Origin: Pirellulales bacterium
GTDB taxonomy: Bacteria; Planctomycetota; Planctomycetia; Pirellulales; JAICIG01
NCBI GenBank assembly: GCA_040901675.1
Contig: JBBDYJ010000030.1
Span: forward strand, 14,324 to 78,323
DNA: 64,000 nt
Direction: 5' to 3'
Both the position numbers and the translations under genes were made by a program. The notes below the pieces were generated by a model. The model saw only the letters and a list, made by a program, of their open reading frames with translations. It did not search any database and was not told the origin of the DNA. Below, piece by piece: positions 29,817 to 40,026 of the stretch; position 1 is the first letter of the stretch, and every line of letters starts with the position of its first letter.

Positions 29817-31631
29817 CTACTCTTCCGCTTCCGCTTCTTCTTCTTCCGAGACGGCTTCACGCGGCTTGAACAAGGGGCCCTTCTCGCCCCGCGTTCCACC
29901 TTTGAGCTCGGTGGGCGGAACGCTCGACGGGCCGCCAGGCGGATGATGGCCGTCGGTCGGCTGGCTGCCGGCCTCCTCGGCCCACTCGACGCGTTTCCGC
30001 GAGAGGCCGATCTTGCGCTCCTCGGCATCGACGCGTAGGATCTTGACCTCGATCTCATCGCCGACCTTGACCACCTCCTCCGGATTCTCGACCTTGTGGT
30101 CGGCCAGCTCCGAGATGTGCAACAGGCCTTCCAGGCCGTTCTCCAAACCGACGAACACGCCGAAATTGGTCAGCTTGGTCACCGTGCCGGTGACCACCTG
30201 GCCCGGCTGGTACTTGTTGGGAATGTCGCTCGCCCAGGGATCCTCGTGCAACTGCTTGAGCCCCAGGGCGATCCGCCGCCGCTGCTGATCGACCGACAGC
30301 ACCCGGCACTCCAGCCGTTGCCCCTTTTCGACGACCTCGCTGGGATGGCTGATCTTGCGGGTCCAGCTCATGTCGCTCACGTGCAGCAGGCCGTCGATCC
30401 CCTCCTCGATCTCGATGAAGGCGCCGTAGTTGGTCAGGTTGCGGACCACGCCGGACACGGGTGTGCCGGGCGGATAGTGCTCGGCCACCTTGTCCCAGGG
30501 ATTCTCCTGGGTCTGCTTCATGCCCAGCGAGATCTCCTGCTTTTCCCTGTTGATCCCCAGCACGACGACTTCGATCTCGTCGTCGATGTGCACCAGCTCG
30601 TTGGGGTGGCTGATCCGCTTGGTCCACGACATCTCGCTGATGTGCACCAGGCCCTCGATCCCTTCCTCCAGCTTGACGAAAGCCCCGTAACTCATCACGT
30701 TGACCACGGTCCCCTTGATGCGGCTGCCGACGGGGTACTTGTCCGCCACGTTCTCCCAGGGACTGGCCGACTTCTGCTTGAGCCCCAGGGCGATCTTCTC
30801 CTTCTCGCGGTCGATGTGCAGGATCTGGACCTCGATCTCCTCGTCGATCGAGACCAGCTCCGAGGGATGACCGATGCGGCCCCAGCTCATGTCGGTGATG
30901 TGCAGCAGGCCGTCGATGCCCCCCAGGTCGACGAAGGCGCCGAACTCGGCAATGTTCTTCACGGTGCCCTTGCGGAGCTGGCCGATTTCCAGCTCGCGCA
31001 AGAGCTTGGCTTTCTTTTCCGCCCGCTCGCTCTCGATCAGCGAACGGCGGCTGACAACGATGTTGCGCCGGGCCTCGTCGATCTTGAGCACGATGCATTG
31101 GATGGTGCGGCCGATGTAGTCGCCGATGTCGGGCGGGCGGCGGATGTCGACCTGGCTGGCCGGCAGGAACACGTTCACGCCGATATCGACCAGCAGGCCC
31201 CCCTTGATCTTGCGGGTGGCGGTGCCGGTGACGATGTCCCCCTCGTGCACCGACTCCATGACCTTCTTCCAGGCCTCGATCTTCTCGGCCTTGCGCTTGC
31301 TGAGGCTGATCATGCCGGCCTCGTCGAGGCCGAACTGGGCGTCTTCGATTTCCTCGATCAGCACCTTGACCATCTGTCCGGGCTGGGGCGGCTCTTCTTC
31401 TTCGCCCCATTCGTTGAGCGGGATGGTGCCTTCGCTCTTGTAGCCGACGTCGACCAGCACCAGCTCGCCCTCGATCCTGAGCACGCGCCCCTGGACGATT
31501 TCGTTGAGGGTGATGTCCTCGCCGCCCCACTCGATCTCCTCCGGATCGGTGCCGGCCAGCGCGGCGGTGAGTTCCTCTTCCCAGTCCTGCTCGTTGAGAT
31601 CGAGCCCCCGAATCAAATTGCGATTGACCAT
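29817..31631 (-). CDS. rpsA: 30S ribosomal protein S1
   Basis: Six S1 domains (VDVGYKSEG, FLPASQVD, GLLHITDMSW and similar). Confidence 0.97.
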   Translation of the reverse strand: MVNRNLIRGLDLNEQDWEEELTAALAGTDPEEIEWGGEDITLNEIVQGRVLRIEGELVLVDVGYKSEGTIPLNEWGEEEEPPQPGQMVKVLIEEIEDAQFGLDEAGMISLSKRKAEKIEAWKKVMESVHEGDIVTGTATRKIKGGLLVDIGVNVFLPASQVDIRRPPDIGDYIGRTIQCIVLKIDEARRNIVVSRRSLIESERAEKKAKLLRELEIGQLRKGTVKNIAEFGAFVDLGGIDGLLHITDMSWGRIGHPSELVSIDEEIEVQILHIDREKEKIALGLKQKSASPWENVADKYPVGSRIKGTVVNVMSYGAFVKLEEGIEGLVHISEMSWTKRISHPNELVHIDDEIEVVVLGINREKQEISLGMKQTQENPWDKVAEHYPPGTPVSGVVRNLTNYGAFIEIEEGIDGLLHVSDMSWTRKISHPSEVVEKGQRLECRVLSVDQQRRRIALGLKQLHEDPWASDIPNKYQPGQVVTGTVTKLTNFGVFVGLENGLEGLLHISELADHKVENPEEVVKVGDEIEVKILRVDAEERKIGLSRKRVEWAEEAGSQPTDGHHPPGGPSSVPPTELKGGTRGEKGPLFKPREAVSEEEEAEAEE

Positions 31632-32016
31632 GCAGTAGCCACCCGATCCCGCCCCGGAATCGGCCAAAAAATTTGAAATGCCTGCTCTCGTCCACCCGGT
31701 CCGCCGACAAGGCGAACAACCGCGGGCCCTCGAAAGAACCGACCAATATATCAAAGCCTTGGTCCACTCACAACACGGCTACTCCAATGCCTTTGGCGTT
31801 CCGGCGCCGTGCTTTCACGCTCGCCGCGCCGCCAAAGCGCGGCCGCGCCGCCGACGTTGCCGGCCGGGGCCGCATCCGGCCATTTGGTGCCGTTATTCGG
31901 GCCGCTTTGCGTTGCACGAGCCAGCGCAGGGGATAAACTGGCCACCGGGTCTCACGGGGAGAAGACCGCCCCCCAGACCTCGATCTCTGTCCGTCAGCGT
32001 CAAGGGAGGCCCAGCC

Positions 32017-32808
32017 ATGCGGGTCGATTTACAAGGCCAGACGGCGCTCGTCACCGGAGGCGCCCTGGGCATCGGACGGGCCATCGCCCAAAGCCTGGCG
32101 GCCAACGGAGCCCATGTCGCCATCGTCGATATCGACGAGGAGGCGGCCCGCCGGACGGCCGACGAACTGGCTTCGGCTGGGCGCGCGGCCGCCTTTGTGG
32201 GCGACGTGGCCGATGCGGCGCGGATGGCAGCCGTTGCATCCGAGGTGGCACGGCAGCTCGGGCCGCCGCGGATCCTCGTCAACAACGCCGGCATCAACAC
32301 CCTCGATGATCGGCGTCCGATCCACGAGTACCCGCTGGCCGATTGGGACAAGATCCTGCGCGTCGACCTGACCGGCGTGTTCCTGACTAGCCAGGCCGTG
32401 GTGCCGATGATGCTCGCCGCCGGCGGAGGCCGGATCGTCAACCTGGCCTCCGTGGCGGGGCTCGTTCCCTTGCGGCTGCAAAGCGCCTACGTGGCCGCCA
32501 AGGCGGGCGTGGTCAACTTGTCCAAGTCGATGGCTTTGGAGCTGGGCCCCTCGGGCATCCTCACCAACTGCGTCGCCCCCGGATCGATCCTGACCCGCGG
32601 CACGCGGGCCTTGTTCTACGACTCCGACGGGTCGTACTCCGAGAAGGCCGCCAGTCTCTTGTCGCACGTGCCGCTGGGCCGCCCGGGCTCGCCGGAGGAG
32701 ATCGCTCACGCGGTATTGTTCCTGGTGGCGCCCGAATCGAGCTATATCAACGGCGCCGTCCTGACGGTTGATGGGGGTTGGACCGCCGGCTACACCCGCG
32801 ACTGGTAG
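32017..32808 (+). CDS. SDR family NAD(P)-dependent oxidoreductase
   Basis: TGGALGIG, NNAG, YVAAK; GGAGG RBS. Confidence 0.93.
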   Translation: MRVDLQGQTALVTGGALGIGRAIAQSLAANGAHVAIVDIDEEAARRTADELASAGRAAAFVGDVADAARMAAVASEVARQLGPPRILVNNAGINTLDDRRPIHEYPLADWDKILRVDLTGVFLTSQAVVPMMLAAGGGRIVNLASVAGLVPLRLQSAYVAAKAGVVNLSKSMALELGPSGILTNCVAPGSILTRGTRALFYDSDGSYSEKAASLLSHVPLGRPGSPEEIAHAVLFLVAPESSYINGAVLTVDGGWTAGYTRDW

Positions 32809-32811
32809 GCG

Positions 32812-33969
32812 ATGAAGATCACGCGGCTCGAAAGTTTTCTGGCCAATGCCGGGCTGAGGAACTACCTGTTCCTGCGGCTCACGACCGACACGGGCGTCCG
32901 CGGCCTGGGCGAAGCTTCGCTGGAATGGCAGGAGAAGACGGTCCAGACCCTGGTCCACGAATGGGTCGAACAACGCGTGCTGGGGCGCGACCCCTTCGAC
33001 GTCGAGGACATCGTGGGCGGCCTGGTGCGCGACCAGTACCAGGGCGGCTCGACGGTGATGACCGCCATCAGCGGGGTCGAGATCGCCCTTTGGGACATCA
33101 TGGGCAAGGCCTGCGGGCAGCCGGTTTACAAGCTGCTCGGCGGGCGCTGCCGATCGACCATTCCCGCCTATGCCAACGGCTGGTACGGCGGGGCCGCCAG
33201 CCCGACCGACGTGGCCGAGCGGGCCCGCGACGTGGTGGCCCGCGGCTATCGGGCGCTCAAGTTCGATCCGTTCGGCACGGCCTGGAAAGCGATATCGCCC
33301 GGCGAGACGGCGGCGGCGCTGGAGCTAGTGGCGGCCGTGCGCGAAGCGGTGGGAAGCGACGTGGGGCTGTTGATCGAGTTTCACGGCCGGCTCTCCGCCA
33401 CGCATGCCATAGAGATGATGCAGGCGCTGGCCCGCTACCGCCCGGCGTGGTGCGAAGAACCGGTGGCTCCGGAATGCCTCGACCTTTTGGCCGAAGTGCG
33501 CCGCCGCGCGCCGGGGCGGATCGCCGCCGGCGAGCGGCTCTATACGCAGGCCGATTTTTACCGTCTGATCGCCTCGAGAGCCGCCGACGTGGTCCAGATG
33601 GACATTGCCCATTGCGGAGGGCTGTTGGCCGCCAAGAAGATCGCCGCCATGGCCGCCGCACAAGACATCGAGGTCTCGCCCCACTGCTCGATCGGCCCGG
33701 TGGCGTTGGCGGCCGCGCTGCACTTCGATGTCAGCACGCCCAACTTCCAGATCCAGGAGGCGTTTTCGGAGTTCGACGTGCCGTGGCACAACGATCTGGT
33801 CCGCGGCTTTAATCCGCTCGAGGCGGGCCAGTTCACGCTCTCCGACTCGCCGGGACTGGGGTTGGAGCTCGACGAAGATGTCATCGCCGCGCATCCGTAC
33901 AAGCCCAACGCCTTCCCCAGTCTTTGGGACAAGCAGTGGCTGACCGGCTTTACACAAAGCGAATTCTGA
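32812..33969 (+). CDS. mandelate racemase/galactonate dehydratase-like enolase superfamily enzyme
   Basis: ALWDIMGK, YANGW, LKFDPFG, EEP, GER, SPH. Confidence 0.9.
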   Translation: MKITRLESFLANAGLRNYLFLRLTTDTGVRGLGEASLEWQEKTVQTLVHEWVEQRVLGRDPFDVEDIVGGLVRDQYQGGSTVMTAISGVEIALWDIMGKACGQPVYKLLGGRCRSTIPAYANGWYGGAASPTDVAERARDVVARGYRALKFDPFGTAWKAISPGETAAALELVAAVREAVGSDVGLLIEFHGRLSATHAIEMMQALARYRPAWCEEPVAPECLDLLAEVRRRAPGRIAAGERLYTQADFYRLIASRAADVVQMDIAHCGGLLAAKKIAAMAAAQDIEVSPHCSIGPVALAAALHFDVSTPNFQIQEAFSEFDVPWHNDLVRGFNPLEAGQFTLSDSPGLGLELDEDVIAAHPYKPNAFPSLWDKQWLTGFTQSEF

Positions 33970-33993
33970 GCCAGCGCGAGAGGGAGCTGCCGA

Positions 33994-35103
33994 GTGCGAA
34001 CATTCCGCCTGGCATTCACGGGCGATTACCTCGATGAAAAGGGCCAGCCCGCTTACGGCGACCATGGCTACGTGCAACTGGCCCAGGCGCCCTACGTCGA
34101 GTACGACTTTCTCCGCGACCAGGCGCCGCGGGCCGGCGATGCGGCCTACTGGCAGCGGTTGTATTCCATGGAGGTCACCCCCGGGCAGATCCGCGGCCTG
34201 GACGGCCTCGTGGTGCTCAGGCCGGCCGTCAGGCGGCCCGCGATCGCCGCCGCGGCCGAGCGGCTGGTCGTCATCGGCCGCTCCGGCGCCGGCTACGAAA
34301 AGATCGACGCGGCGGCCTGCACCGAGCACGACGTGCTCTTGTTCAACGCTCCCCGGGGCCTCGACCACGCCACCGCATCGACGGCGCTGATGTTCATGCT
34401 GGTGCTGGCCAAGCGGCTGGCCGAGCAGCAGGAAATCACCCGGCGGGCACAGTGGCAGCGCCAGGCGGAGGTGACTGGAAGCGAGATCCAGGGACGCACG
34501 CTGGGGATCATCGGGCTGGGGCACAGCGGGCGCGAGCTGGTGCGGCTGGTGGCCCCCTTCGAGATGCGCGTGCTGGCCTACTCTCCCCACGCCGATCCGG
34601 CCCAGGCCTTGGCCTTGGGCGTGCAACTGACGACTTTGGACGAACTGCTGCGGGAGTCGGACTTTGTCAGCCTGCACGCGCGGTTGACCGACAGCGTGCG
34701 GCGGCTGATCGGCGCCCCGCAGTTGGCCATGATGAAGCCCACCGCCTACCTGATCAACATTGCCCGCGGCGCGATGATCGACCAGGCCGCCCTGGTGGCC
34801 GCTCTGCGCGAACGGCGGATCGCCGGCGCCGCGCTCGACGTGTTCGAAGTCGAGCCGCTGCCGGCCGGTGATCCGCTGCTGGGGTTGGACAACGTGGTGA
34901 TCACGCCGCACTGGTCCGCCTCGACCAGCGACGTGTGGGCAACGACCGGCAAGGCCACGGCCGAGGGGGTGCTGCGCGTGGCGCGGGGCGAGCCGCCCGC
35001 CAACGTGGTGAATCCGGCAGTGCTCGAGCGGTCCGGCTTCCAAGCCAAGCTGGCGCGGTTCGCCGAGAACCAGGCGGTGGCACGGCCGGCGCGGGCCGAG
35101 TAA
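33994..35103 (+). CDS. D-2-hydroxyacid dehydrogenase family protein
   Basis: GIIGLGHSG, INIARG, LDVFEVEP, TPH. Confidence 0.92.
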   Translation: MRTFRLAFTGDYLDEKGQPAYGDHGYVQLAQAPYVEYDFLRDQAPRAGDAAYWQRLYSMEVTPGQIRGLDGLVVLRPAVRRPAIAAAAERLVVIGRSGAGYEKIDAAACTEHDVLLFNAPRGLDHATASTALMFMLVLAKRLAEQQEITRRAQWQRQAEVTGSEIQGRTLGIIGLGHSGRELVRLVAPFEMRVLAYSPHADPAQALALGVQLTTLDELLRESDFVSLHARLTDSVRRLIGAPQLAMMKPTAYLINIARGAMIDQAALVAALRERRIAGAALDVFEVEPLPAGDPLLGLDNVVITPHWSASTSDVWATTGKATAEGVLRVARGEPPANVVNPAVLERSGFQAKLARFAENQAVARPARAE

Positions 35104-35153
35104 ACTCCAGACCGGCAGCGTGCCTCACTACCCACCCAAGAAAGGTCGATAGC

Positions 35154-36788
35154 ATGGCGGACAGACCTGCCGTGGGCAGCCAGTCGTTTGTGGCGCCGCA
35201 TCCCGGCTCGAAGGCGATGCCGCGCTGGAACACGGCCGAACTGATCGATGCGCCTCGCTTTACCTGGCGCAACTGGGCCGCCATGATCGGTCCGGGACTG
35301 CTGATGGGCGGCGCGGCGATCGGGGGCGGCGAGTGGCTGACCGGGCCCTTGGTCACGGCACGCTACGGGGGCAACATGCTCTGGCTGGCCACTTTGAGCA
35401 TCGTCTTCCAGGTGATCTACAACCTGGAAATCTGCCGCTACACGCTCTACACGGGCGAGCCGATCTTCACGGGCAAGTTCCGCACGCCCCCCGGCCCCGC
35501 CTTCTGGCTGCTGGCTTACATCGCCCTCGATTTCGGCGCGCTGTTCCCCTACCTGGCCGCCAGCGCGGCCACGCCCGTGGCCATGCTGATCCTCCGGGAG
35601 CTTCCCGATCCTCAATCGACGGAACTGGTGAGCGTGCTCGGCCTGGAGATGACGGAGAAGACGCTATTGAAGGTGTTGGGCAACGCGATCTTCCTCTTGG
35701 CGTTGGTGCCGCTGATCTTTGGAGGCAAGATTTACAATTCGCTCAGAGCGGTGATGACGTTCAAGATCGTGACCGTGTTCGGTTTCCTGCTGGTGCTGGG
35801 GGCGCTGTACACGGGCGTCGAAACCTGGATCGAAATCACGACCGGCTTCTTCAAGTTCGGCATGGTGCCGATTCAAGGCGGCGAACACGCCCACAGCGTC
35901 GACAACGTCTTCCTGGCGCTGTTCGAGGGCCGCGGCTTTCCCATAATCGACTTCACCACCATCGGCCTGTTGTGCGCGATGGTGGCCATCTCCGGACAGG
36001 GCGGGTTGTCCAACACCCCCCTGAGCAACTACACCCGCGACCAGGGCTGGGGGATGGGCCACCACGTCGGTGCCATCCCCAGCGTGGTGGGCGGCCACCG
36101 GATCAAGCTGTCGCACGTCGGCTCGGTCTTCGAGGTCACTGCCGACTCGCTCTCGCGCTGGCGGCGCTGGTACCGCCACGTCATGCGCGATCAGCTCGTC
36201 ATTTGGATGCCGGCCTGCTTCATCGGCTTGGCGCTGCCCAGCATTCTCTCCGTCGAGTTCCTCCCGCGGGGCACCGAGGCGGACCCGTGGACCGCGGCCG
36301 GCATGACGGCGGGAAAGGTGGGCGAGCACGTGACCAGCGTCTCGGGCCCCACGATCGGCGGCTTCTTTTGGTTCATGACCGTGTTTTGCGGCTTCCTGGT
36401 GCTGGCGCCCAGCATGTCCAGCAGCGCCGACGGCGTGGTCCGCCGTTGGCTCGACGTGCTCTGGACCGGCAGCGCCGGCCTGCGGCAGGTCGATCCGCGG
36501 CAGATCGGCAAGGTCTACTTCGGTGTGCTCTGCGGATACGCCGTGTTCGGTCTGCTGGTGCTCACCTTCGTGCCCCCAGGCCGCCTGCTCATCATCGCGA
36601 CGAACATCTTCAACTATGCCTTGGGCTTCAGTTGCTGGCACGCCCTGGCCGTCAACCTGATCCTGCTGCCTCGCGAGCTGCGCCCCTGCTGGGCCATACG
36701 AATCAGCTTGTTCGTGGCCGGAGCCTTTTTCATGCTGGTTGCCGGTTTGACCACCTATCACACCCTGGCCCGTGCTGGCTGGATCTAG
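35154..36788 (+). CDS. Nramp-like/APC-fold membrane transporter
   Basis: IGPGLLMGGAAIGGGEWL, RYTLYTGE, about 11 TM helices. Confidence 0.8.
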   Translation: MADRPAVGSQSFVAPHPGSKAMPRWNTAELIDAPRFTWRNWAAMIGPGLLMGGAAIGGGEWLTGPLVTARYGGNMLWLATLSIVFQVIYNLEICRYTLYTGEPIFTGKFRTPPGPAFWLLAYIALDFGALFPYLAASAATPVAMLILRELPDPQSTELVSVLGLEMTEKTLLKVLGNAIFLLALVPLIFGGKIYNSLRAVMTFKIVTVFGFLLVLGALYTGVETWIEITTGFFKFGMVPIQGGEHAHSVDNVFLALFEGRGFPIIDFTTIGLLCAMVAISGQGGLSNTPLSNYTRDQGWGMGHHVGAIPSVVGGHRIKLSHVGSVFEVTADSLSRWRRWYRHVMRDQLVIWMPACFIGLALPSILSVEFLPRGTEADPWTAAGMTAGKVGEHVTSVSGPTIGGFFWFMTVFCGFLVLAPSMSSSADGVVRRWLDVLWTGSAGLRQVDPRQIGKVYFGVLCGYAVFGLLVLTFVPPGRLLIIATNIFNYALGFSCWHALAVNLILLPRELRPCWAIRISLFVAGAFFMLVAGLTTYHTLARAGWI

Positions 36789-37042
36789 CGGTCAAAGGGC
36801 AGCGCAAGCCCCGCCGCTTGCGACGAAAGCCCGCCCTGAACGGGTATTGACCCCCGGCCGGCAAAAACGCCCCTTTTTCCTTGATTTACCCAGTTTATCG
36901 AATTAAGATCGAAGGGCGCTACGGCAGCTTGTGGCAGCACTTCGCCTATATTTGAGCCAACAAACCGCCCCCACCTTCCAGGTAGATGGCCTGCCGGTGG
37001 GGGCGTACCGGACAGTTCTTCGCAACAGGAGTTTCAGCCGCC

Positions 37043-38449
37043 ATGGTCTCCCGATCGTTTGCCCGCCCCGCGCTATTGCCTCTGCTCTTCACTGTGGCGA
37101 TGCTGACCGTGCCTGCCACGTTGAAAGCGCAGGGCAACGGCAACGGCAACGGCCAGAACCTGCAGGGCGTCGCCGGTGTCGCGGTTGACGCCAACGGCGT
37201 CTTGTCCGTCCTTTTTCGTAACGACGCGACGGGCGAATTGACCCGCCAGCAGATTGAGGCAGCCAAGGCCACGCTCGATCCCAAGCTGGCTGGAAAGAGC
37301 CCACTGCGGAAAATCTCGTTGAATCGGCTGGAGCGGGCCATCGCGGCACGGTTGGCCGCCGGCCGCCAGATCTCCGGCGACATGCAGTACCTGGCCGGCA
37401 TGACTCGCATCCAGTTTGTGTTTTGCTATCCGGAGTCGGGCGACATTGTGATCGCCGGTCCGGCGGAAGGCTGGTTCCAGGACCTGGCCGGCAGGCCGGT
37501 GGGCCTGTCGACCGGGCGCCCCGTGCTGGAGCTGCAGGATTTGATCGTGGCACTGCGGGCGTATCCGCCCGGCCAGCGGCAAGGGCCGGTCATCGGCTGC
37601 TCGATCGATCCCACGCCGGAGGGCCTGGCCAACATGCAGCAGTTTCTCCGCCAGGTCGGCGGTCGGGCCACCCCCGCCGACACCGAGTTCATTGTCAACG
37701 GGTTGCGGACCAGCCTCGGCCTGCAGCAGGTCCGCGTCCTGGGCGTCCCGCCCGATACGCACTTTGCCCAGGTGATGGTGGAGGCCGACTACCGCATGAA
37801 GCTGATCGGCATCGGCCTGGAACGGCCGCCGGTCAAGCTGGCCAGCTATGTCGACAAGGCCGATCCGGCCCAGGTCAGCCGCAACGCCCTGCAGCGGTGG
37901 TTCTTCACGCCGGACTACGAGTGCGTGCGGGTCAGCGGCGATCGCATGGCCATGGAACTGGTGGGGGATGGGGTGAAGCTGGTGGGCGAGGACGAAGTGG
38001 TCGGCGCCGACGGCCAGCGGAAGCGGGCCGGCAGCACCAACCGCGCGAGTGAGTTGTTCGTCCAAGGATTCACGCGAAAGTATCCGGAGCTGGCCCGCAA
38101 GTCGCCCGTATATGCACAACTCCGCAACCTGATCGACATGGCCGTGGCCGCTGCCTTTATCCAGCAGGAAGACTATTACAGCCAAACCGGCTGGAGCATG
38201 GAAACACTGGGCAATGAGGCGGTGCTGAGCGTGGAAACCTATCAGACTCCGGTGCAGGTCGACACCGCGGTCGCCAGCGTCTGGAAGGGAAACCGGCTGA
38301 TGACGCCGGTGGGCGGCGGCGTGCACATCGAGGCCGAGACGGCCCTCGATCCATCGCATCTGCTCCAGGACAAGGAGGGCAAGGTCCACGAGCACCGTCT
38401 CCAGACCCGGCTCGATCATCTCGCCGAAGGCCAATGGTGGTGGGACTGA
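37043..38449 (+). CDS. DUF1598-like planctomycete secreted protein
   Basis: DIVIAGPAE, IGCSIDP, VEADYRMK, YAQLRNLID; AGGAG RBS. Confidence 0.82.
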   Translation: MVSRSFARPALLPLLFTVAMLTVPATLKAQGNGNGNGQNLQGVAGVAVDANGVLSVLFRNDATGELTRQQIEAAKATLDPKLAGKSPLRKISLNRLERAIAARLAAGRQISGDMQYLAGMTRIQFVFCYPESGDIVIAGPAEGWFQDLAGRPVGLSTGRPVLELQDLIVALRAYPPGQRQGPVIGCSIDPTPEGLANMQQFLRQVGGRATPADTEFIVNGLRTSLGLQQVRVLGVPPDTHFAQVMVEADYRMKLIGIGLERPPVKLASYVDKADPAQVSRNALQRWFFTPDYECVRVSGDRMAMELVGDGVKLVGEDEVVGADGQRKRAGSTNRASELFVQGFTRKYPELARKSPVYAQLRNLIDMAVAAAFIQQEDYYSQTGWSMETLGNEAVLSVETYQTPVQVDTAVASVWKGNRLMTPVGGGVHIEAETALDPSHLLQDKEGKVHEHRLQTRLDHLAEGQWWWD

Positions 38450-38704
38450 AACTCTCGTGCCAGGCTTCCCTTCCAAGTTGGGGCGCTAAGCCCCAAGTGC
38501 CAAAAAAGCCGAAATTTGATCGACACGGCCTGATCGGCTGCTAAAATGCGGTCGTTGCGGTAGCCGCACGACGCGGTTGCGGCGTGGTGCATTGGCACGT
38601 CCCGTCTGGCTTGCAGTCCGGCAGCCTGCCATAAGTTCAGTGTTGGCACTTCGGGGGGCACCTGGCGGCGGGGCCAGTTTTTTGCTCTGGATACGGGGGG
38701 TAGC

Positions 38705-39961
38705 ATGACCTCGTTCTCGTTTTTTCGTTCCGCGTCGGTTGCCGTATCGCTGGCCGCGCTGCTCTCGCTGTCGCCCGGATGCGATGACGGCGGCCCGGCA
38801 GCTCCCGATCCGTTGGCCGGCGCGGCCCTGCCCGCCGGCGCCGCCCCGCTGCCATCCGGCGCCGTGGCTCCAGGCAGCGCTCCGCCTCCAGCGCCAACCC
38901 CGGCGCAGCCGGCGATGGCCGCCGCCGCCGGCGCCCATGCCAGCCAGCCCCAGGGCAACTTGATCACCGGAGCGCTAGCCGGAAACACCAGCCAGCCAGG
39001 CACGGGAATACCGGGCGGCGCCGTGCCGGGAACCACGCCCGGGGCCGCGGTTCCAGGCCAACCGGCTGCGGTACCGGGTGCAGCGCCGGCAGGCGGCGTC
39101 GGCACCCCAGGCATACCAGGCGCGACGGGGACATCCGCGGGAACGACGGCAGTGCCGGGCGCCGCGACGAGCGTACCGGCCGGCACGGCCGCCGCGGCGC
39201 CTGCGGCGGTTGTGGTGCAGACGGGCGACGTGGCCGGGCTCGGGCGGGCCGTCGACACGTGGCGCGCGCAGCCGGGCGAGCTGCTGGGCGCCACGCGGAT
39301 GAAGGACAAACCCGTGCTGGCCGGCTATAGCTGGATGGTGCCGCTTCTGCCCCATCTGGGCCATCAGGACGTGTATTCCAAGTTCAACCTGGAGAAGCCG
39401 TGGACCGAGGACGAGAAAGCCCAAGGTGCCGAAACCACGAACCTGCAACTCAGTGGCACGATCATCCCGGCATTTCTCGATCCGACGAATCCCCAGCACC
39501 GCTGGAAGGGCTTTCCCTTTCTCGACGACGGACCGGGCCTGACCCATTACGTGGGGATGTCGGGAATCGAAGACAGTCGCAACGTGGTGGCGGCCGCGCT
39601 AGCGCGCAGCGATCCGCGAGCCGGCATTTTCGGCTATGACCAGGTGGCCCGGCTGGCCGAGATCACCGACGGCGCCTCGAACACCATCATGCTGATCGGC
39701 TCGGGCAAGATGACGGGGCCCTGGGTCCAAGCGGGCGGCGCCACGATCCGCGGCGCCCGCGCCCCCTACTTCGACTCATTGACCGGCTTTGGTTCGGCCA
39801 CGTCGCCCGGCAGCGGCGCCATCGTGCTCATGGCCGACGGCTCGGTCAAGACGATCTCCAAGGACATCGACCCCGCGGTGTTCCGCGCCCTGTGTACCAT
39901 CCACGGCGCCGAGTCGATCGACCTGACACAGCTTAGCGGCGCCGTTCAACCCAAAAACTGA
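38705..39961 (+). CDS. DUF1559 domain lipoprotein with long Pro/Ala/Gly linker
   Basis: Lipobox-like SPGC; SWMVPLLPHL, ITDGASNTI, MADGSV. Confidence 0.82.
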   Translation: MTSFSFFRSASVAVSLAALLSLSPGCDDGGPAAPDPLAGAALPAGAAPLPSGAVAPGSAPPPAPTPAQPAMAAAAGAHASQPQGNLITGALAGNTSQPGTGIPGGAVPGTTPGAAVPGQPAAVPGAAPAGGVGTPGIPGATGTSAGTTAVPGAATSVPAGTAAAAPAAVVVQTGDVAGLGRAVDTWRAQPGELLGATRMKDKPVLAGYSWMVPLLPHLGHQDVYSKFNLEKPWTEDEKAQGAETTNLQLSGTIIPAFLDPTNPQHRWKGFPFLDDGPGLTHYVGMSGIEDSRNVVAAALARSDPRAGIFGYDQVARLAEITDGASNTIMLIGSGKMTGPWVQAGGATIRGARAPYFDSLTGFGSATSPGSGAIVLMADGSVKTISKDIDPAVFRALCTIHGAESIDLTQLSGAVQPKN

Positions 39962-40026
39962 CTGCAACCCAAGAACTGGGCCATTCGACAACGAACTCTT
40001 CGACCGCCTTTGAGGGAGGGATATCG

